NCBI RefSeq assembly: GCF_044704955.1
Contig: NC_091977.1
Location: 369,830,001 to 369,894,000 of the forward strand
Direction: 5' to 3'
Source of the DNA: Pristiophorus japonicus
Lineage: Eukaryota
DNA: 64,000 bases
In this document: positions 1 through 8,870 of the stretch, piece by piece
Layout: each line of letters starts with the position of its first letter
Numbering within the stretch: position 1 is the stretch's first letter
Program-made: the position numbers and the translations under genes
Notes under the pieces: generated by a model
The model's database searches: none
Told to the model about the DNA's origin: nothing
The model's input: only the letters and a program-made list of their open reading frames with translations

Positions 1-127
1 GGAAATAGGCTTTCCCAATTCAGCCTATCAAAATGCTGCATAATTTTATAACTCTCTATTAAATCTCCTCTTAGTCTTCTCTGTTCCAGTGGAAATAGGC
101 CCAAGATGGCAAGTCCCTCCTCATAAC
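1..127 (-). mobile_element. Old CR1 LINE relic (ORF2 C-terminal segment)
   Basis: Minus strand translates to LGLFPLEQRRLRGDLIESYKIM, matching the LGLYSLEFRRMRGDLIETYKI motif of the younger CR1 copies in this window. Confidence 0.7.
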
Positions 128-1264
128 AACTGTGTACTTCAGTAATAAATTGCAAAGAACTAGTGGTGTAACACAGCAGTTGTACGAGGTATTAGAAGGC
201 CTACTAAAGAGTTTCACCACCACGACTGGAGTATGGAGTTCACTTTGAGCCTGAATGGTGTCATGTCACATGGTAGTAGAAGTCTACAGCCTATCTTGAA
301 GCAATTTACAATCTCTGAAATGCTTCTGGAATGCATTAATCTGAAAAGCAGAGTAATCCTATTCTGTATTAAGGGAGGTGAGGTCCCTTTTAAATCTGCA
401 AGTCTAATCAGCCAACTTCTGAGGCCAATCCTGTGATTATTGAGCAGGTTTCTTTTTATACATTCATGGGATGTGGGCATCATTGGCAAGGCCAGCATTT
501 ATTGCCCATCCCTAATTGCCCTTGAGAAGGTGATGGTGAGTTGCCTTCTTGAAACGCTGCAGTCGGTGTGGTGAAGGTACTCCCACAGTGCTGTTCGTGA
601 GGGAGTTCCAGGATTTTGACCCAACAAAAGGGAGGAAAGATGACATATTTCCCAGGCAGGATTGGGAAACTTTTAAAAACCAGCAAAGAACGACTAAAAA
701 AAAATAAAGAGAGGGAAGATAGATTATGAAAGCAAAGTAGGATGAGATAAAAAAAACAGATATTAAGAGTTTCTACAGGTACATAAAAAGGAAACGAGTG
801 GCTAAAGTAAATGTTGGTCTCCTCGAGGATGAGACTGGGGAATGAATAATGTGGAACAGGGAAATGACAGAGACTTTGAACAAATATTTTGTGTTAGTCT
901 TCATGGTAGAAGACACTAAAAACATCCCAATAGTGGATAATCAAGGGGCTATAGGGAGGGAGGAACTTAATACAATCACTATCACTAAAGAAGCAGTACT
1001 CGGTAAAATAATGGGACTAAAGGTGGAAAAGTCCCCTGGTCCTGATGGCTTGCATCCTCAGGTCTTAAAAGAAGTGGCTGCAGAGATAGTGGATGCATTA
1101 GTTGTAATCTACCAAAATTCCCTGGATTCTGGGGAGGTCCCAACGGATTGGAAAACCGTAAAAGTAACGCCCCTATTTAAAAAAGGAGGCAGACAGAAAA
1201 CAGGAAACTATAGACCAGTTAGCCTAACATCTGTCGTTGGGAAAATGATGGAGTCCATTATTAA

Positions 1265-1501
1265 TGTGGTGTATGTAGCACACAAATCACTGACTCCACA
1301 CGGTCTGGTGTAAGTCTAACTGCTGTGACCTTCGTCCTTTATTGTTCAGCTCCAGAGTGCCTCCCAGGTGTGGTGGTCACCCTTATATAATCCTTGTTAC
1401 AGGTACTACCAGGGTTTCCCACCGCAGCGCCCTCTGTGGTGTGGCATAGTACTTACATTACATTTAAGGTACTGGGACGATACACACATCATTACATAAC
1501 A
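1265..1501 (-). repeat. 3' LTR of the gag-protease element (237 bp)
   Basis: Direct repeat of 3670-3894; TATATAA and AATAAA on the minus strand. Confidence 0.95.
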
Positions 1502-1813
1502 TCACACTTGTCCAACGGAAGGCAGGTAGGCATAGACAGTGCGTTAATATGGTACATATTATCTGGTACATTAACTGGTTATTGACTGGCAGCGGAACCT
1601 TGATTTCCTTGTTAACCGTTATCATTAATTGTACTTCATCCATTATTTTACACAAATACAGTGGCCATTCAGCATAAAAAAAGTAATTCTTATTATAAAT
1701 TCACTATCTCACATTAACATAGCTCATTTTAGACTCGCTCTGCCAAACAGAAGTCCTTTGTGGGGACCACCTCTTTGTAAGGCCCTTTTAAGACTCCCGG
1801 GTGCATTTCCTCT

Positions 1814-3634
1814 TTAAGGCGCCATCTTTGATGCAGGAGGATTCCACGAGGCTTCTCCTTGGGCGCCGCCATCTTTGATGCTCTGCAGCTCCGACACGAT
1901 GCCGCCGCCATCTTCTTCTCCGCCGCTCCAAATGCCCTCCGCCGTCGCAGCCTCTGCTCCCCTCCTCTGCCACCTGACTTGCCACCTCTCCTGCGGCTGC
2001 CATGGTCTCTCCAGTGGCCGCACTTGCCACGTCCCCCACGGCCTCCATAGCGGCTGCCACCGCCCGACGCTACCAGCTCCTCGGCGGGGCCCGCCCAACG
2101 GCCTCTTCCTCTGCGGGACCCTTCCGAACCGCCGGCCCCTGGATCCCTCAGCACCCCTCCGGCTCACTCCCCCACCACTAGGCCCCTCTGTGCAGGGCTG
2201 CTTGCCTGTGGGGGCTGGGGCTGCAGGGTCTCTGTGTAAGATCCGGGCCTGGGACTTGCCTGTGGGGGCTGAGGCTGCAGGGTCTCTGTGTGAGATCCAG
2301 GCCTGGGACTTGCCTGTGGGTGGATTGAGGCTGCAGCTCCAGCTCGGTCGGCGCTGCTCTCTGGGGACCCGGGGCACGGCAGCACCCCGGGGAGCAGCAG
2401 CCTGTGCAGTGATGAAGTCTTCCCAGCTCCCACGGACCTTCCCCATCCACCTCCGGCCGAGGAGTGTCAGCCCATCGCCTGCAACGACCCACAAAGGTAA
2501 AGCGTGCGTCTCGTCCCCGTGGGATACCTGCACCATCGCTCTGCCGAGAACAGGTATTAGTTCCCTGGTGTAGGTACGCAGCTTTGCCGTGACCGGGACC
2601 AGCTTGGGTCGTGCAGCTGGGTTAATCCACAGTTTATCAAAAGTTCTCCGACTCATCAACGACGGACCCGAGCCCGTGTCCACTTCCATACTCACTGGGA
2701 CTCCGTTGATTTTTACTTCACTTATCACTGGGGGCGAATCGTCGGTACACGTATACAGTCCAAACACCTCATCTTCTTCTACCTGCTCCTCGCTAAACAG
2801 TAGATCATCCCCCATCTCCTCAGCCACACGGTGAGTCCGATTTCTTTTACACATACGCTGAAGGTGGCCTTTAACATGGCAGGTATTGCACGTGTACTCC
2901 GCAAACCTGCACCGGTGAGCCCCATGGCTTCCTCCACAGCGCCAGCATGGTGCTGCTTGATTGGCCCCCCTCGGCGGACTCTGAGCTCCAGGATCCCGAG
3001 GTCCATGCTCTCTGCCCCGGGCAGAGCCACGTTCTGCAGTTTTGTCCGTGGTGGGCGCTATCCTGTGGACATTGCCTGCCGGGTTCGAGACTGTGTGGAT
3101 CATTTGCTTGGTGCTGCAAGTCGAGGTCATATGTGCCCGGCTGATGGCGATGGCCTTTGTCAGAGTGACTGTGGGTTCCGTGGCCAGCAGCTTGTGAAGG
3201 AGGCCCTCGTGGCCAATCCCCATAACGAAAACGTCCCGCAAAGCCTCGTCAAGGTGTGCCCCAAAATCACACAGCGCCGCGAGTCTCCTGAGGTCCGCAG
3301 CATATTTGGTGACATCCTGGCCCTCGGGTCTGCAGTGATGGTAAAATTTGTATCTGGCCGTGAGGATGCTCTCCTTCGGTTTCAACTGGTCACGAATGAG
3401 TTCAGTCAGCTCCTCGTATGACTTGTCCCTGGCGCTCCCAGGTGCCAGCAAATCCCTGACGAGACAGTAAACCTCATCTCCACAACTGGAGAGCAATATC
3501 GCCTTACGCTTCTCTCTCATTGCGTATGTGTCCTCCGTCAGGTCATTTGTTGTGAAGTAGTACTCGAGCCTTTCCGTAAAGGCCTCCCAATCATTGCCCA
3601 TGGTAAAATCCTTTAGCGAGCCCAGAGTAGCCAT
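1814..3634 (-). CDS. gag: Gag-aspartic protease polyprotein with a low-complexity C-terminal extension (606 aa from MATLGS)
   Basis: Uninterrupted ORF; capsid-like W..F.ERL and LLSSCG...Y.L..DLLAP; two zinc knuckles (CWRCGGSHGAHRC, CNTCHVKGHLQRMC); protease EVDTGS and LLGR.W; then about 200 aa rich in R/G/P/A/W. Confidence 0.85.
   Translation of the reverse strand: MATLGSLKDFTMGNDWEAFTERLEYYFTTNDLTEDTYAMREKRKAILLSSCGDEVYCLVRDLLAPGSARDKSYEELTELIRDQLKPKESILTARYKFYHHCRPEGQDVTKYAADLRRLAALCDFGAHLDEALRDVFVMGIGHEGLLHKLLATEPTVTLTKAIAISRAHMTSTCSTKQMIHTVSNPAGNVHRIAPTTDKTAERGSARGREHGPRDPGAQSPPRGANQAAPCWRCGGSHGAHRCRFAEYTCNTCHVKGHLQRMCKRNRTHRVAEEMGDDLLFSEEQVEEDEVFGLYTCTDDSPPVISEVKINGVPVSMEVDTGSGPSLMSRRTFDKLWINPAARPKLVPVTAKLRTYTRELIPVLGRAMVQVSHGDETHALPLWVVAGDGLTLLGRRWMGKVRGSWEDFITAQAAAPRGAAVPRVPREQRRPSWSCSLNPPTGKSQAWISHRDPAASAPTGKSQARILHRDPAAPAPTGKQPCTEGPSGGGVSRRGAEGSRGRRFGRVPQRKRPLGGPRRGAGSVGRWQPLWRPWGTWQVRPLERPWQPQERWQVRWQRRGAEAATAEGIWSGGEEDGGGIVSELQSIKDGGAQGEASWNPPASKMAP
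2201..2320. repeat. 54-bp in-frame tandem repeat (about 2.2 copies)
   Basis: CTTGCCTGTGGG at 2201, 2255 and 2309; encodes PTGKSQAWISHRDPAASA / PTGKSQARILHRDPAAPA. Confidence 0.9.
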
Positions 3635-3656
3635 GGTTGCGTGGAGTTCATCCGCT

Positions 3657-3668
3657 TCCTCGTCGCCA
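3657..3668 (-). promoter_or_regulatory. Primer-binding site complementary to the tRNA-Ser(GCU) 3' end
   Basis: TGGCGACGAGGA immediately inside the 5' LTR; vertebrate tRNA-Ser(GCU) ends ...UCCUCGUCGCCA. Confidence 0.8.
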
Positions 3669-3669
3669 A

Positions 3670-3894
3670 TGTGGTGTATGTAGCACACAAATCACTGACT
3701 CCACACGGTCTGGTGTAAGTCTAACTGCTGTGACCTTCGTCCTTTATTGTTCAGCTCCAGGTGTGGTGGTCACCCTTATATAGTCCTTGTTACAGGTACT
3801 ACCAGGGTTTCCCACCGCAGCGCCCTCTGTGGTGTGGCATAGTACTTACATTACATTTAAGGTACTGGGACGATACACACATCATTACATAACA
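3670..3894 (-). repeat. 5' LTR of the gag-protease element (225 bp)
   Basis: Direct repeat of 1265-1501, lacking AGTGCCTCCCAG; followed by the PBS on the minus strand. Confidence 0.95.
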
Positions 3895-5458
3895 ATTAAG
3901 GAAGCAGCAACAGGATATTTGGAAAAGCATGATTCAATCAAACAGAGTCAGCGTGGTTTTATGAAAGGGAAATCATGTTTGACAAATTTTCTGGAGTTCT
4001 TTGAGGAAGTAACGAGCAGGGTGGATAAGGGGGATCTAGTGGATGTGGTGTATTTGGATTTCCAGAAGGCATTCGATAAGGTGCCACATTAAAGGTTACT
4101 GCACAAAATAAAAGTTCACAGGGTTGGGGGTAATATATTAGCATGGATAGAAGATTGGCTATCTAATAGAAAACAGAGTCGTGATAAATCGGTCATTTTC
4201 TGGTTGGCAAACAGTAACTGGTGGGGTGCTGCAGGGATTGGTGCTGGGGCCTCAACTATTTACAATCTTTATTAATGACTTGGATAAAGGGTCCGAGTGT
4301 AATGTAGCCAAGTTTTCTGATGATAAAACGGTGGGTGGGAAAGCTAATTGTGAGGAGGACACAAGAAATCTGCAAAGGGATATAAACAGGCTAAGTGAAT
4401 GGGCAAACATTTGGCAGATGGAGTATAATGTGGGAAAATGTGAGGTTATCCACTTTGGCAGAAAAAATAGAAATGCAAATTATAATTTAACTGGGGAAAA
4501 ATTACAAAGTACTGCAGTACAGAGGGACCTGGGGATCCTTGTGCATGAAACACAAACAGTTAATATGCAGGTACAGCAAGTAATCAGGAAGGCAAATGGA
4601 ATGTTGGCCTTTATTGCAAGGGGATAGAATATATAAGCAGAGAAGTCCTGCTACAACTGTATAGGGTATTGGTGAGGCCACACTTAGAGTACTACATACA
4701 GTTTTGGCCTCTGTATTTAAGAAAGTATATACTTGCATTGGAGAATGTTCAGAGAAGGTTCACTAGGTTGATTGCGGGAGATGAGGGGGTTGACTTATGA
4801 AAATAGGTTGAGTAGGTTGGGCCTACACTCATTGGAGTTCAAAAAAATGAGATGTGATCTTATTGAAATATATAAGATAATGAAAGGGCTCAACAAGGTG
4901 GATGCAGAGAGGATATTTCCACTCATAGGGGAAACTAAAACTAGGTGACATAGTCTCAGAATAAGGGGCTGCCCATTTAAAACTGAGATGAGGAGGAATT
5001 TCTTCTCTCAGAGTTTGAAAATCTGTGGAATTCTCTGCCCCAGAGAGCTGTGGAGGCTGGGTTATTGTATATATTTAATGCAGAGATAAACATATTTTTG
5101 AGCGATAAGTGAATAAAGGAATATGGGGAGCAGGCAGGGAAGCGGAGTTGAGTCCATGATCAGATCAGCCATGATCTTATTAAATGGCGGAGCAGGCTCG
5201 AGGGGCCAAATGGCCTATTTCTGCTCCTATTTCTTATGTTCTTATGTTTAAGATATGTGACTTGGAGGGGAACATGCAGGTGATGGTGTTCCCATGCGCC
5301 TGCTGCCCAAAATATCAACTAAAGCAGACATTGATGTCGAGATTCAACACCAACTCCAGTGCGCCAGTGCAGCCTTCAGCTGCCTGAGGAAAAGAGGGTT
5401 TGAAGACCAGGCTCTCAAATCTACCACCAAGCTCATGGTCTACAGGGCTGTAGTAATC

Positions 5459-7500
5459 CCTGTCTGGAGTAAAAATAAAACGGGGAAGGTGTCTCAACCG
5501 TGGCTAACAAGGGAAATTAGGGATAGTGTTAAATCCAAGGAAGAGGCATATAAATTGGCCAGACAAAGCAGCTAACCTGATAACTGGGAGAAATTTAGAA
5601 TCCAGCAGAGGAGGACAACATGTTTAATTAGGAGGGGGAAAATAGAGTATGAGAGGAAGCTTGCTGGGAACATAAAAACTGACTGCAAAAGCTTCTATAG
5701 ATATGTGAAGAAATATGTAAGTCGCTTGCAGTCAGAATCAGGTGAATTTATAATGGGGAACAAAGAAATGGCAGACCAATTGAACAAATACTTTGGTTCT
5801 GCTTCACAAAGGAAGACACGAATAACCTTCCGGAAATACTAGGGGATCGAGGATCTCGTGAGAAGGAGGAACTGAAGGAAATACTTATTAGTCAGGAATT
5901 TGTGTTAGGGAAATTGATGGGATTGAAGGCCGATAAATCCCTAGGGCCTGATAGTCTGCATCCCTGAGTACTTAAGGAAGTGGCCTTAGAAATAGGGGTT
6001 GCATTGGTGATCATTTTCAAACAGTCTATCGACTCTGGATCAGTTCCTATGGACTGGAGGGTAGCTAATGTAACCCCACTTTTTAAAAAAGGAGGGAGAG
6101 AGAAAACAGGGAATTATAGACCAGTTAGCCTGACATCAGTAGTGGGGAAAATGTTGGAATCAATTATTAAAGATGAAATAGCAGCGCATTTGTAAAGCAG
6201 TGACAGGTTCGGTCCAAGTCAGCATGGATTTATGAAAGGGAAATCATGCTTGACAAATCTTCTAGAATTTTTTGAGGATATAAGTAGTAAAGTGGACAAG
6301 GGAGAACCAGTGGATGTGGTGTATTTGGACTTTCAAAAAGCTTTTGACAAGGTCCCACACAAGAGATTGTTGTGCAAAATTAAAGCACAAGGTATTGGGG
6401 GTAATGTATTTACGTGGATAGAGAACTTGTTGGCAGACAGGAAACAGAGAGTCGGGATAAACAGGTCCTTTTCAGAATGGCAGGCAGTGACTAGTGGGAT
6501 GCCGCAGGGCTCAGTGCTGGGATCCCAGCTATTTACAATATACATCAATGATTTAGATGAAAGAATTGAGTGTAAAATCTCCAAGTTTGCAGATGACACT
6601 AAGCTGGGTGTCGGTGTGAGCTGTGAGGAGGATGCTAAGAGGCTGCAGGGTGACTTGGACAGGTTAGGTGAGTGGGCAAATGCATGGCAGATGCAGTATA
6701 ATGTGGATAAATGTGAGGTTATCCACTTTGGTGGCAAAAACACAAAGGCAGAATATTATCTGAATGGTGGCAGATTAGGAAAAGGGAAGGTGCAACGAGA
6801 CCTGTGTGTCATGGTACATCAGTCATTGAAAGTTGGCATGCAGGTACAGCAGGCGATGAAGAAGGCAAATGGCATGTTGGCCTTCATAGCTAGGGGATTT
6901 ATGTATAGGAGCAGGGAGGTCTTACTGCAGTTGTACAGGGCCTTGGTGAGGCCTCACCTGGACATTGTGTTCAGTTTTGGAGGAAGGACGTTCTTGCTAT
7001 TGAGGGAGTGCAGTGAAGATTCACCAGACTGATTCCCAGGATGGCAGGACTGACATATGAGGAGAAACGGAATCGACTGGGCCTGTATTCACTGGAGTTT
7101 AGAAGAATGAGAGGGGATCTCATAGAAACATATAAAATTCTGACGGGTTTAGACAGGTTAGATGCAGGAAGAATGTTCCTGATGTTGAGGAAGTTCAGAA
7201 CCAGAGGTCACAGTCTAAGGATAAGGGGTAGGCCATTTAGGACCGAGATGAGGAGAAACTTCTTCACTCAGATAATTGTGAACCTGTGGAATTCTCTACT
7301 GCAGAAAGTTGTTGATGCCAGTTCGTTAGATATATTCAAGAGGGAGTTAGATATGGCCCTTATGATTAAAGGGATCAAGGGGTATGGAGAGAAAGCAGGA
7401 AAGGGGTACTGAGGTGAATGATCAGCCATGATCTTATTGAATGGCGGTGCAGGCTCGAAGGGCCGAATGGCCTATTCCTGCGCCTATTTGCTATGTTTCT
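5459..7500 (+). mobile_element. 5'-truncated CR1 LINE inserted in the RTE
   Basis: RT motifs LDFQKAFD, PQGSVLG and FADD (ORF 6232-7032); 3' tail ending CTATGTTTCT. Confidence 0.95.
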
Positions 7501-7859
7501 ACCTGCCCTCCTGTATGGCTCAGAGGCATGGACGATGTACAGAAGACACCTGTACAGATATATCACCAACGATGTCTCCGCAAGATCCTGCAAATCCCCT
7601 GGGAGGACAGGCGCACCAACATCAGTGTCCTCGTCGGTAACATCCCCAGCATTGAAGCGCTGACCACACTCGATCAGCTTAGTTGGGCAGGCCACATAGT
7701 TCGCATACCAAACACAGACTCCCAAAACAAGTGCTCTATGTGGTGCTCCTTCACGGCAAACAAGTCAAAGGTGGGCAGTGGAAACGTTACAAAGACACCC
7801 TCAAAGCCTCCCTGATAAAGTGCAACATCACCACTGACACCTGGGAGTCCCTGGCCAAA

Positions 7860-8870
7860 CATAAGAACATAAGAACATATAAGAACATAAGAACGAATTA
7901 GGAACAGAAGTAGGCCATCTAGCCCCTCGAGCCTGCTTCGCCATTCAATAAGATCATGGCTGATCTGGCCGTGGACTCAGTGCCACTTACCCGCCCTCTC
8001 CCCGTAACCCTTAATTCCCTTATTGGTTAAAAATCTATCTATCTGTGACTTGAATATATTCAATGAGCTAGCCTCAACTGCTTTCTTGGGCGGAGAATTC
8101 CACAGATTCACAACCCTCTGGGAGAAGAAATTCCTTCTCAACTCAGTTTTAAATTGGCTCCCACATATTTTGAGGCTGTGCCCCCTAGTTCTAGTCTCCC
8201 CTACCAGTGGAAACAACCTCTCTGCCTCTATCTTGTCTATCCCTTTTATGATTTTAAATGTTTCTATAAGAGCACCCCTCATCCTTCTGAACTCCAACGA
8301 GTAAAGACCCAGTCTACTCAATCTATCATCATAAGGTAACCCCCTCATCTCCGGAATCAGCCTAGTGAATCGTCTCTGTACCCCCTCCAAAGCCAGTATA
8401 TCCTTCCTTAATAAGGTGACCAAAACTGCACGCAGTGCTCCAGGTGCGGCCTTACCAATACCCTATACAGTTGCAGCAGGACCTCCCTGCTTTTGTACTC
8501 CATCCCTCTCGCAATGAAGGCCAACATTCCATTCGCCTTCCTGATTACCTGCTGCACCTGCAAACTAACTTTTTGGGATTCATGCACAAGGACCCCCAGG
8601 TCCCTCTGCACCTCAGCATGTTGTAATTTCTCCCCATTCAAATAATATTCCCTTTTACTGTTTTTTTTCCCAAGGTGGATGACCTCACACTTTCCGACAT
8701 TGTATTCCATCTGCCAAACCTTAGCCCATTCGCTTAACCTATCCAAATCTCTTTGCAGCCTCTCTGTGTCCTCTACACAACCCACTTTCCACCTAATCTT
8801 AGTGTCATCTGCAAATTTTGTTACACTACACTCTGTCCCCTCTTCCAGGTCATCTATGTATATTGTAAAC
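7860..8870 (-). mobile_element. 5'-truncated CR1 LINE inserted in the RTE
   Basis: (CATAAGAA)n tail at 7860-7894; minus-strand ORFs 7977-8785 give the CR1 ORF2 C-terminus; near-identical to 44718-45710. Confidence 0.95.

Larger units (their letters stand above)
1265..3894 (-). mobile_element. Young non-autonomous Ty3/Gypsy (Mag-like) LTR retrotransposon encoding only Gag and protease
   Basis: TG...CA LTRs at 1265-1501 and 3670-3894 differ by 1 substitution and a 12-bp deletion; 5-bp TSD ATTAA (1260-1264, 3895-3899); PBS TGGCGACGAGGA; no RT, RNase H or integrase motifs. Confidence 0.95.
663..5247 (+). mobile_element. 5'-truncated CR1 LINE (ORF2 pseudogene), interrupted by the LTR element at 1265-3894
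   Basis: KSPGPDGLHP, GNYRPVSLTS, YLDFQKAFDKVPH, QGLVLGPQLF and KFSDD motifs; ends in (TTCTTATG)n tail; reads ESII|KEA across the LTR insertion. Confidence 0.95.

Noticed and set aside
1814-3634. Domesticated gag gene (Arc/PNMA/PEG10-like)
   Set aside because: Near-identical LTRs and a TSD inside a CR1 show a recent insertion, so the intact ORF may reflect youth alone.
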